64,000 nt of DNA from positions 61,816,001 to 61,880,000 of the forward strand of contig NC_045697.1 in the NCBI RefSeq assembly GCF_009834535.1, given 5' to 3'. The notes beneath the pieces were generated by a model. That model did no database searches. It had not been told where the DNA came from and saw nothing but the letters and a program-made list of their open reading frames with translations. Shown here piece by piece: positions 53,051-64,000 of the stretch. Position 1 is the first letter of the stretch. Every line of letters begins with the position of its first letter. Source of the DNA: Camelus ferus. Its lineage: Eukaryota. Position numbers and translations under genes: made by a program.

Positions 53051-54120
53051 TGAATAATGATACAACTCTACAATATCAAGGAAATTAGCTAAAAAGCAAA
53101 GAGTTTATAACTAGTTGTTCTGTCCAAAATATACCAAGAAACTGCCTCATCTGCGTTCTTACTCTAAAGAGGCTGCCCCAGCCCCTGTCTTCAGTAGCGT
53201 TAGCCACTCTGGAATCACAGGCTACCTGTATGTCTTGCCAATGATGAGCATACCTTATTGTCCCCCCAGGGCCTGCTAGCAACATGGGTGGTAGTAATGT
53301 AATGTCTTAAGCTCGGCAACATAGAGGACTTTCTGAGAGAGCTGTAGAGATAAAACCTTTTTCCAAATTTTCCCAACCCCTCGCCCATTCTGCATGTCTA
53401 CCTCTAGCACCATGACAACACATATCCAAAACAAACAGGGAAATTATTTTTGCCTTTTACACAGGAAAGAGGGAAAGAATGAACTAAAAAGAAGGTACTT
53501 TCACACCTCATGGAAGATTCTTATCTCCAGAGGTGATGCTTATATCTCTGCATTGTCTTATAGGCTCTGGGCATGGGTTGCCACATGGCACCTGCCCAGG
53601 AGCACTGAGAAAGTCTGTGGATTCAGGAGCTCCTGGGAAGTTGGTATCCTTAGATTCCAAGTATTCTTCCTCATGGCCAATGTCAATCAACAAAATAATG
53701 TAAATTATCTAACTATTATATATTTATCACCAGGTGGCTCTCTTTATAGATGAGAAAAATGGGGGATGTTAGAGAGAACTTATCGCAATGATCAGGAAGA
53801 AAAATGTAAAAGGAAAGACAGGCCATGGAAGGCTGAAGCCATATCACCACACCATTCAAATATCCTGCTTTTCAGCCCTACCCTCAATAGTAGTTAGGGT
53901 GAGGGGTAGTTGTTTCCATTGTATTAAAATATCAGTTGCTTTGGCTTGTCAAAGTCTAAAATGAAATAATCTCTCAAAGTTTCTTATGCATGTAACACTC
54001 AAATTGCATTTCTTGTTGTGAAAATCAAGACAACTTTTCTGTGCCCTTTTTTCAGCTGTAATAAAAGCCTTTTTTCAGTGCAAAGATAGATGGAAATCCC
54101 TTCTCACAGAGGTGGCGTAC

Positions 54121-54302
54121 CATCAGGCAGGCACACTCTCATTGGAGTGGCATCCTTAGTCCCCGGCGGGGTGTTCAGTGTCAGAGGCTCCAGGCTTGAT
54201 CAACATCCTACACATTTTCTTGACAGATGGATGTCTTTGGCACCTCAGTTAGTAAACAACAGCACCAATACCCATGATTACTTCCTCATCTCTCCTGCCG
54301 AG
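54121..54302 (-). other. Candidate non-coding exon
   Basis: Acceptor actctttcttatag|CTCGG, donor ATG|gtacgc; GC/CpG higher than flanks; stops in all frames. Confidence 0.35.
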
Positions 54303-54654
54303 CTATAAGAAAGAGTCTTCTTTTGCCTTAAAAAAAAATGTACATTGTTTCTTATTTTAAAATTTTTGCTCTTCTAAAATAGACCCTAAAGAGACCACAT
54401 TCAAGTTTTGATTCTTAATGCACTTGCTTTGATAAACATTTTATAGAAAACTTCCATAGAAGACGTGAAATCCATTAAGAAGGAAATAGTGCCGTTTCGG
54501 ATTTGCAAGTTGTTCTGAGGATCACTGAGCAGAGTTGGGACCCAACCCTTACCAGGCTCAGAAGCAGAGCCAGCCAAAAATGCCAGCATCTCTGCCTCCA
54601 AGACACTCAAGGATCCCAGGTCAAGACTGTTACCTAAAGAAGGGCCTATCATAA

Positions 54655-55345
54655 TTATTGGGGGAAATTTTTCAAACCACTCATCTGCTCCCCAAGATGA
54701 TCCAGATGTACTCCTCTCCCCAGTTAAGAACCACAGAGGTAGAAGGGTGGTTTAGTACTTAACAGCCAGTACGGTCTGAATAACAATTGGAGCTTCTCAT
54801 TATCTGTGTGATTTTAGATAAAGTTCACAGCCTTTCTTTACCTCAGTTCCTCATCTGTAAAATAGAATACTGATACCTTATGGGGTTATCACTAGATTAA
54901 ATTAGATGTGCATCATTCCTGGTCCATCATAAGAACTCCACAAATGCTATTTCTCTCTACTTTTTCTTAGAAATAAGAAAGCCTGTGTGTCAGACAATAC
55001 CGACTGGTTGTTCTTGATAGGATACCAAGTTAACATTGTTCTCTTAAAACCTCATGTCTTTTGACACAACAAATACTTCCATATTCAAGTCATACTTTTC
55101 TTTTTTTTCTTTTTTTTAAGGAAAAAATGGACAGTGAGGAAAAGGAAGAGATCAGGGGACAAAGAAAAGCAGGAAGACAAAGAGAACTAAAGTTTCTTGG
55201 GCTAAGGTATGGTGGATACCTTCCAGATATCTGTATCATTTAATTGTTCCCATTCTCATGAGAGACAGATCTTACTATCCTTGGTTTAGAGATGAAGAAA
55301 CTGAGACTCACAGAGGTTAAGTGAGTGACCGGACTCAGAACTAAA
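54655..55345. mobile_element. MER5-like fragment plus two MIRs (+ at ~54740-54950, - at ~55190-55345)
   Basis: ttaagaaccac; cctcagttcctcatctgtaaaatag; agatgaagaaactgagactcacagaggttaagtga. Confidence 0.75.
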
Positions 55346-57719
55346 GCATATCAGAACTCACTCATCTTCCCTCCAAAACCTTTCAGTACCTTCTGCACTA
55401 AGCGTGTTGCCTTGTCTTCTTCGCCCATTTAACTGTTCCCCTTTTCCCTTCACTGCTGGTCATTGCTGTTTGTTTGTTTCCTACCTACATTCAACTGGTA
55501 TCAACAATCTATTTCCTAAAATAACCTGAGAAACGTTTGCGTTACTTGAAGGAAAAAATCCATCTAAGCAAGATAATGAATATTACAATTCCGCTATTAC
55601 TAATATTGTTGCTAAGGACTCAGGGGACCTACAGTACAGAGAGTTAAAGGAAATAAATCAACAAAGAATGTAACAAGTGTTGTTTTGCCTGTCAAGTATT
55701 AATAAGGTATATGGAGATCCATCCTAATAAAGTTGTTTTCCTTGAGCAGATTATTGATGTGATCCAAATATTGAAAATCAATGTTACATATGTCCATACT
55801 TTCAAAATATTTGATTCACTAGCTCATTAGCACATTTAGTACAAGATGTTTGGCAGCGTGATTGATTACTTACAATACATATGAATATATGAAATTATAG
55901 TAAAAAATAAGCTTTGGGACTTACTGATAAATATGCTTTTCGAGGAGTTCTTAAAATATTCTTGTCAGTCTCCAGGAAAAAGCCTACAGCAAAAAAGTGA
56001 TCTGACCTTTGACATGTAAATATCTTTTTGCTCTACAAACAACGTCAAGAAGCTTCTAAAATAAGGCTGTGGTATCAGAGACAGGGCAGAGAAAATTTCA
56101 GGGACAGAGAATTTCATGGACAAAGTCCACATGCCACCAAAGCACCCAGAAAATACCTGGAAGATCAGTCCCCTCTCTCTCAACTTCATTGCTACTTGGG
56201 GATGTTATGCTGAAGAGCCACCATCCCCAGGGAAGGAGTTCCCACTGGAGGCCTCTTGAGTACATCCAATTAACTAGAGTACAGAGAAAATGGGAAATGC
56301 TTGAAAGAATAAAACTCAATCCCCAAAAGCTATTGGCCTCCCACATTAGGCAGCTCTAAGAATTATTTCCTATCAGCACTATAGCAAGTGACATAAGTAA
56401 TTCCCAAGTGTTCCCCTTGCTAAGTATTCACCTCTAATCAAACAAGTAGGTGGAGGAAAGACTTATTACAATGGGGTATGACTCCACCTTTTCAGCCTCA
56501 TTTCCCTTAAGGTTTGCAGGCTCATTCCTAAATGTTCTAATGTACTGGGATGGGAACAACCTAAAAATTACAGACACAGTATACTGAGTGGCAATATTTG
56601 AACCATGTTAAACTATACTCAAAGTTGGTATAAAAATGGAATTCCATCTTCAAAATCAGTCTAATTATTTTCATCATAACCTCATTCAAACTATTCCCTC
56701 AAATGACCTCCACAGGATTCCCATATGGAAATCCTATTCACTCACATCAAGTCCAACTAAAAATGTAATTTTCTCCACAAAGTCTTTCTTTACCATCTGG
56801 CACCATTTCTTTACCATTTAATGACTATATTCATTTATTAAACAAGTAAGTATTGAGTTTCTACTGTGTTTTGGAATCACAATTACTCCATAGGCTTCAA
56901 TTTGTTACTGATATAGTCAACAAACATTTAATGTACAACTATTATGTACAGCCATTGTAGTAAATATAGGAGGTACAAATATAAATTATATCTCAAGGTT
57001 TTACATTTTAAGAGGATCAAATAGATTTTTAATTCTTGATTATACTATAATGAATTGAATGAATTTATAGAGAGATATATGCATTTCTAGAGCATACTAT
57101 ATAACTCATAGGTGGGGCATTAATTTGGTCTCAAGTTGTAGAGTCTAGAGAATCTTATTTAATTGACAGGATGCCTTACTTTGCATTTACATTTACACAG
57201 TAATTTAAACCACTAGTTTTGTTTTCATACATGGTTTCACACTTCTCAACCAGCTGAAAGTTTAGTATGGATCAAAACACGCCATTAATTTCTATAGGTT
57301 CTTTTGAGTATCCTGAATATTACACACATACACAAACACACAAACAAATTACCCAAAATTATTGCTGGTAGAGTCATTCATTTGTATATCTAGTAGCTAA
57401 AAGTAAGTTTCTGAAATTTTTGAAACCAGAAATTGCAGACTAACAGGTCTTCAGGCAGTCTGCAAGACTGTTTTGCTTGCTTGCATATTTGCTGCACAAA
57501 GTTTTCAATTTTTAAAGCCATGATCATTAGTGCAGATTTGATATATCTCACATAAAAATCCAGATTTTTGCACTGCCTTGGAAAATCAATCTGGTAGAAT
57601 TTATAAAATTCTCTCATGGCAACAATAGCTGGAGTTGAGAAAGAGCTATCATGTCAGCTCTTACTCATTCATTGTCTAAGTCACCAGTCTCGACCAAGCC
57701 GACTACTTATTTGCATTAC

Positions 57720-57925
57720 CTGCGACACCTCTGTACGTACGAAATTTGCAACGTATTTTAAGCATTAAGATCTTAGTAAAGGATTTGTCATTTCCAAATT
57801 CCCACGTGCCCTGTTTGGACAGATAATGTGCATTCTGCATGGCTTCCAACTGTTACCCTGAATCTGAAGACACTGGGATGGGCTTTACCATTATTCATAG
57901 GCGAACAGGAAGGAAAAGGAATGGC
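57720..57925 (-). other. Candidate exon, with an ATG-initiated frame open through the donor
   Basis: Acceptor ctctgtctttacag|GCC, donor CAG|gtaatg; CpG cluster at 57691-57753; GCCATG at 57840 gives MQNAHYLSKQGTWEFGNDKSFTKILMLKIRCKFRTYRGVA plus 1 nt. Confidence 0.45.
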
Positions 57926-58339
57926 CTGTAAAGACAGAGTCATAATGAGGGCACCTATGACTTAGGAAAAAGAAATTGTTCCTTATTTTATTCTCCAACT
58001 GAGAATTGGTCATCTGAACCAATGCTCTATTCTCAGGAAAAACAAACAAACAAAAACATGCCTAATCTAGTTAGCAGCTACTATTACATTGAATGCATGG
58101 CATCATCTTGGAGCTCAAATATTTTATAGAATTCACTGAGCCTTCTCATTGCCTGGCCTTTTGTTATTAATGAAAAGAGGTATTAATAAACAACACTCAT
58201 TCTTTAATCCTCAAAGAATCATACCATGCACGAAACTACAATAACAGGAAAATGTCTCTCTAATAAAGCCATAGACATCTAATTCATCATCATTGAGCAC
58301 AAAAATACTCATCCTCTTGGACAGCTGAAAGGTTAAACT

Positions 58340-59401
58340 GGCAGCTGAGAATTCTAGGAAGGCACTCATTTCTCTGGGTCCCAAGTTCTTCATCCATCAA
58401 ATGAAAAGGACTGGATGGTCTCTAAGGTTCCTTCCAGCTCTAAGACTATGATTTTTTCAAGACACTGACTTAGATGCTACAGATTTGAAGAAATATAGAT
58501 ATCTCCCTATCCTTTGAGAGTTTTGTAGGGGAAAGAAGACTCATAGAAAAAATGAATAAATAGCATTACAAGCTGGATATATTCCACACCCAGTGAGAGA
58601 ACAGAGAAGAAGTATACAACTTTACAGGAAGACAAACTTTCTGGGAATAATGAAGAGAAGGTCCACAAGGAGGCTGGGCATTAAAATATGGTTTTATATT
58701 AACAGGCAGAAAAGGGAGGAGGTTCACAGACAGGCCTGCCATCAAGGAGAATCAGGTATGGATCACTTCCTTACTAAAATTGCCTCCACAGAAGAGATAA
58801 TGCTTCTTATGAAAGTCTTGCTCTCTTTCCATTCCCTCACATCCATTTCCCCACAGTGCTGATCCTTCTATTAAGACAAGAGCATTTGACTTACGAGTTT
58901 GAACACTCAATGACGTTTACCTACAGGTATAGGTCCAACTCCCCAAAATGGCATCTGAGAGCAGCTGGGATCAGATCCCTGCCAAGCATCCCAGCTCCAT
59001 GTCTTGCACCTCCCTGACCTGTTCTCACACTCTAGAAACATACAAACACGAAATTCCCCAAAGGGATCACACATATGTTTACTGCATAAATTCAGCATAA
59101 ATTCACTTGCTAAAGCTGCTCCCACCCCTTCAAAAGCCTCCTCTACTCTCTTTGCCTGGTTAATTTCCACTTCACCTGGCTAATTTTCATTCATTCATTA
59201 AGGCTCAACTCACCTCCTCTTGCTTCCCAAACTCTTCATTTACTGTACTTGTAATTACTTGCTCTGAGTCTATTATCTCCACTAGATGGTAAAGATGGGA
59301 AATAAATCTATCCTATTTCCACTGTTTCTCCAGCACCTATTAAAATGCCTTGTACACAGATGTCTCTCACAAAATACATGTTCAGTGAATGAATGAATGA
59401 A
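58340..59401. mobile_element. MIR fragment followed by L2 fragments (the last is + strand and ends in gaatgaatgaatga)
   Basis: tctctaaggttccttccagctctaagactatgatt; ctcccactagatggtaaa...ccagcaccta...gtgaatgaatgaatga. Confidence 0.75.
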
Positions 59402-60309
59402 CTAGGAAATAGCAAAAGAAATAAGGTAGCAATAGTGCAAAGAGTACAAGTAATACTCAGCCTCAGAGTTCAGGATAAACATGAGCATTTAAATTGTTAT
59501 TACCTAACGTTAAAGAGTACATTGGCATAAGGCGACTATGCATACCTCCTTTAATAGTCCAAGACATAGAAGTCAGGCAGGATCAAATGCTTCATAATAT
59601 TACACAGTGTGCTCACCCTTCCACGTTATTAAGAGTCACAGTGCTTGGACATCTGAACCTTCAAGTTCAGATTTCACTATAAAGCCCAAGCATGTTGCTG
59701 TGGGAAAACAAGATCCACTTTTGCTCCCTCCATGTAAAACTTGCATCTCATGTTATATTTTTAGCTATAATGGAAATTCAGGCTTAGACAAATGACACAT
59801 AATTATGGCAGGGGCACTGACAATGAGCTGAGAATTCAGTATGTTAAAAGCCAGTGCATCTTTTATCCTATGATAAATCATTGTCCGTTCTGTTTTTAAA
59901 GGAAAATAAGAGCACATTTCAGGTGATGGCTACATACAGAGAGAATGCAGATGGCCTTAAATATTTTAGACTGGTTGGCTTAAAATGTTTTTGACTTTTG
60001 TTTGCTCCTTCCCTTGGTGGAGTTGGAACACAGGCTTAAAATTCTCTTTAATGCCAAACAGCTGCTACTTTGCTCTGTTTCAGTTAAAATAAAATGTAGC
60101 TGCCCCAGATGCCCTGCCCGTGTGGAGCTGTATAAGATGTCACTGAACATCACCACCAAGCCCTGGAAAATGGTGTTATGCATGTATATTAACAAGCCAT
60201 GTGGTATTTGGGGAGGAGAAGGGAGAGAAGAGGGGATTCTGACATTTATTATACTACAGCACCAATGCAAAGCTATCAGTACATTAAATTCTCTTTTGTA
60301 TGATTTGGA

Positions 60310-60420
60310 ATGAAATATTTAAAGTTAAGATATCTTAGAAATCATCCAGTCAGACCTCCTTTTATGACTGGAAAACTGGGGCCCAGAGAATCTTAGTGAC
60401 TTTCCAAAGTCACACATCTG
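60310..60420 (-). mobile_element. MIR fragment
   Basis: cttagaaatcatccagtc...ggaaaactggggcccagagaa...gtgactttccaaagtcacac. Confidence 0.8.
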
Positions 60421-60928
60421 CTCTATGTCAATGCCTCACTCTTCTCCCTTGACAAAGCACTCAGCACTCAGTATCATGAAAGAACTTTTTTAACACTGTA
60501 ACTTTTATTCAGCTGTCACTACCTTAGCATGTAGTCAATATCCAGTGAACTCCCACTTGCTCTTTCTCTCTTCCTTTCTCTGCATTGCTTTTTACCCTCA
60601 GCCAGAGGTTCTACTTTGATCTTGGAAACTGTCCTTTATGTCCTAAAAAACAGGCAGAAGCAACCACAATAATAGTTTTCACTTCTATGAATAATTTGGT
60701 TAGTTTCATGCCAGGCACAAAGGGAAACAATCTCCATGAACTTGAAAAGAAATTTTAACATTGACATTAACATTCAGCTGAGGGAACATGGCTATGAAAT
60801 ATGTTAAATGTCCTTTTATTGCCTTTTTCTGCCTTTCCTCATCTTGATTTCTTCATGAAACCCAGTAGGCATCTTGTTACTGACAAAGACATAATATTTG
60901 GATAGATAAAACTTAGAGGCATTCCCAT

Positions 60929-61554
60929 TGTTAGAGCAGGCAGATAGCTAGATTTGAGCAGAGAAAGAGGGACCCAGGCCAAATGGCAGGAATTGGGCAA
61001 AAAGGGGGGGCAACGGCCAAATGCAGGAAACCATACATCATGTAAACGTCAGGGGTCCTTGGGCAGAGAAAACCAGGAACCTCAGGACTGATAAGAGATA
61101 TACATTTGGGGGTGACAAGTGTCCTGGAGGCCAACAAAGAAAGGTGGGAAAAGGCAGGAATCTCCAGTGTTTGAACATTATGCCCTCATCACAATAAAAT
61201 TAGCCTTGCAGATTAGAAGTACCCATGATGCACTGACACCATGACACTTCCAATCCAGGCCAAATAAGGATAAAAATCGCTCCTCCCTTCGGGAAGGTGG
61301 AGCTGGGATGAAAATCAGGGAATAAGACCCCAAACCTTTCCCTCCCCAATGAATATTCCACCTATTCATTTTTAACCCCATGTAACCAACTTTTCAAAGA
61401 AACTCAGCACAGCTGCTCACCTGAGCCTGCCCGCTCTCCCCTTGAGAGTGTACTATATCTATCCCTAAATAAATCCTGACCTTACTTTCTTAACCTCCAT
61501 GTCTTGTCCCTGAATTCTTTCTGCAATGAGACAAGAACCTAATCACTGGCAACA
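60929..61554 (+). mobile_element. Solo ERV1-class LTR (~626 bp)
   Basis: Termini TGttag...gcaaCA; 4-bp flanks ccat/acat; AATAAA at ~61467; U5-like tgaattctttctg...gagacaagaacc. Confidence 0.85.
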
Positions 61555-61587
61555 ACATGAAAAGTCCAGTCCACAGTAATAGAATAT

Positions 61588-62020
61588 GTGTAATAATAGG
61601 GTAAATTAGCTGTTGTAACAAATAGGCCCCAAAATATATAATGGCTCTGAGACAACAGAAGTTTATTTCTTACTCACTTACTAGTACTGGGTAATTAAAT
61701 AAATTAGTAAGCTGGACTTCTAAATAGTTATTCAGAAAGAAGGCTGATGGAGGCAACCAAGGGTTGGCCATCTTCAACATGTAGCTTCCACGATGACCCT
61801 AGTCACCTGCACTCCAGTCTGCTGAAAGGGGAAAGGGAGCATGGAGGAACACGTAAGAGGCTTCAGTGAGCCCAGCAGGAAGGTGGAGCCTGAGACTTCC
61901 ATTCACAATCCATGGGCTAGACCTCAGTCACACGGCCTCATCTACTGCAAAGCAGGCTGGGAAATGAAGTCTGGCTGACTGTCCAAGAAAAAGAGAACCT
62001 GCCACTTGAGCAATATAGAA
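61588..62020 (-). mobile_element. MLT1-type LTR
   Basis: gctgttgtaacaaataggccccaaa...aacagaagtttatttcttactcac...ggctgggaaatgaagtct. Confidence 0.85.
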
Positions 62021-62499
62021 TCTGCTTTGTTCCCTGTGATATCTCTTAACTATGTAAACAATATCCCAAGGTTAAAGAAAGAAGGAACAGCTTTGACTTA
62101 CCCTTATTCTTACTCAAATTCTTCTATGGCTACAAGAGTAGAAAATCAGAGACACACATTGCTTCTTTCAAACCAACTAAGGACATCTACAATTGAAGAT
62201 GTAACTAATGCCATAAATTAATACATGAGAAGTCTAGGCTACAAACCAAGTATTTGTGGTGCACCTTGCAGCCCATGGTAGCAAATCACAGTTTCAACTG
62301 ATATTTTTCCATTAAAACTGCATATCTATACATATCCAATCAGGTTTTTAATCAAACTTCCCAGTTAGTTCAGCTTTAAAACCAAACATATTCAATTAGT
62401 CATAGAAACAATCCTATTGATTGGATTGACCATTTCTTTTAAGCTTCCATTTACCAAGCATCTGTTCTTCATCAGACATTGACCTATGGGACATGATAC

Positions 62500-62640
62500 G
62501 TCCTTCCTTACTGTCTCCCATTTTGCAGATGGGAAAATAGAGGCTGAAAGAGAAATAAAATCGTTCAAGGTAAGTTACAGGGTTGGGAGCAAACCCAGGT
62601 CCACCTGACTCCAATTTTTCCTCTGTGGTGCACTGCTTTC
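62500..62640 (-). mobile_element. MIR fragment
   Basis: cccattttgcagatgggaaaatagaggctgaaagag...aaacccaggtccacctgactcca. Confidence 0.8.
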
Positions 62641-64000
62641 CCATCGGTTCTTTCCAATGTTTAGATGAGCTGCATGTGGATTCGGCCAGAGTATTGAAAG
62701 ATTATGAAAATGAGCTCTGAAGGGTTTGCCTAAACTTAGAGTAAATAGCACTGTCATGACCTGATAGGATGCATGACCTCCCTCTGTGCCCACCCACTAC
62801 TTAGCAATAAGAGGAAGCACTAAGGCACAGGGAGAAATCTTACTTGATGTGTTACTCCCAGCAGTCCACTTTTTCATCCAATTTTAGGGCTTTTGAGCCT
62901 CTGCTTTTGGGAAGTGCAGGCTGGGAAGGCAGGATCAAGCCTACTCAGAAATACAAGCTGAGGTATTATCCTAGCAACTCCCTAAAGCAATTGTAAACAT
63001 TGTTTGCCTAAGCCTTAAGTGCTGCTGCCTGGCAGTACACAATGCAAAGTTCAAAGGTTTGCTCATTACCATAATGGGATATAAACCTTTGCTGTTGGCT
63101 GTGGAATAATGAAGATAGTTCTTGTGGATTGTTCCTTCAATCTCTGTTTATTTAGGTTAAAGAAGTTTGTTGTGTAGCTGTTTTTTTTTCTTTCTTTCTT
63201 TTTTAATTTCTCTGGAAAATCTTTCTATGATCAGTTCTAAGATAATACTCAACAAGGTCCTTCATAAAGGGCAGAAGATTATAAATTGAGTTTCATCCCC
63301 CACAAAACATCTTATCCTTTCACTTTTCATGGTCAATAAGTAACTCATTACTTCAGTATTTCTGTACTTGCCAATAATGGGAGACTTGTTAGCCTGACAA
63401 AGGCAGATTTAATTAAAACATACATACACACAACAAATGTGTTCATAATATTGAAAAAATTGGCAGGAAACAAATGAGAGCATATTGAAAAAAACAGAAC
63501 ATCTCTTTTTCTTACAAGATAACTTTAGCTACAACCGTGAAATCAAACACACAAAGCAAAATAAAATAAGGATTTTTCCATCAGCACAGTTTTAGGGTTA
63601 ACTTTCAAACATAAATTAAACTTCCTCTGCTTGACATGTCCCGGCACATTGAGACTCAAAGCTAGACTCAAAACATACAAAGCATTTAATATTTTTAATT
63701 ATTCATGCCACGCACTCATCCCAGAGATGCACATTTCAAAAGTGGCAAGGTTTCTGCTTTGGGAACACTAACCTAAAGAGACATTGGGGAATTTAATCAC
63801 ATTGTTCCTTATGCTTTGGAGTATTGGGGGCCACTCTCAGCTCATAGCCTTTGTATGCTAACAGCAAGGACTTGGTCCAGAAACTGTTTTGAGTCTACAA
63901 TGAAACAAGGAACTTAAGCTTTTATCTAATAGGACTTCTCCAAGGAACTCCCAGATTTGGGGGCCAGAGGTTGGGAGTAGTGGAACAAGAGCAAGGGGAG

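Noticed and set aside
61285..61300. STAT/GAS site in the solo LTR (MER41-like interferon enhancer)
   Set aside because: ttcgggaa has a 2-nt spacer, not the canonical TTCN3GAA.
1..64000. Supplied ORFs of 60-138 aa as genes
   Set aside because: No recognisable domains. Many overlap repeats or microsatellites or use non-ATG starts, and their lengths fit chance expectation. Only 3851-4036 is real coding-derived sequence, and it is L1 ORF2.

Overview
Mammalian genomic DNA, AT-rich and CpG-depleted. It is most likely camelid, because it carries two vic-1/SINE_Vpa-like tRNA-derived SINEs. There is no recognisable protein-coding gene. Most entries in the ORF track are chance ORFs, and the only ones with recognisable protein similarity come from transposons (L1 ORF2 C-terminus at ~3.8-4.0 kb, decayed ERVL pol at ~33 kb). 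Much of the window is interspersed repeat: MIR, L2, old and young L1, MER20/MER58/MER5 hAT MITEs, MLT1/ERVL remnants, two younger ERV LTRs and microsatellites. The most notable non-repeat signal is a series of short unique patches bounded by minus-strand splice acceptor/donor motifs, most of them CpG-retaining (57720-57925, 54121-54302, ~42032-42271, 20339-20404). These suggest a long multi-exon minus-strand transcript, either a lncRNA or a long 5' leader. The 42.1-kb patch holds a 37-aa ORF with a membrane-micropeptide layout, and it could also complete an 89-aa spliced ORF with the 57.8-kb exon. All repeat family names come from recalled consensus similarity rather than a database search, and boundaries are approximate unless TSDs are given.
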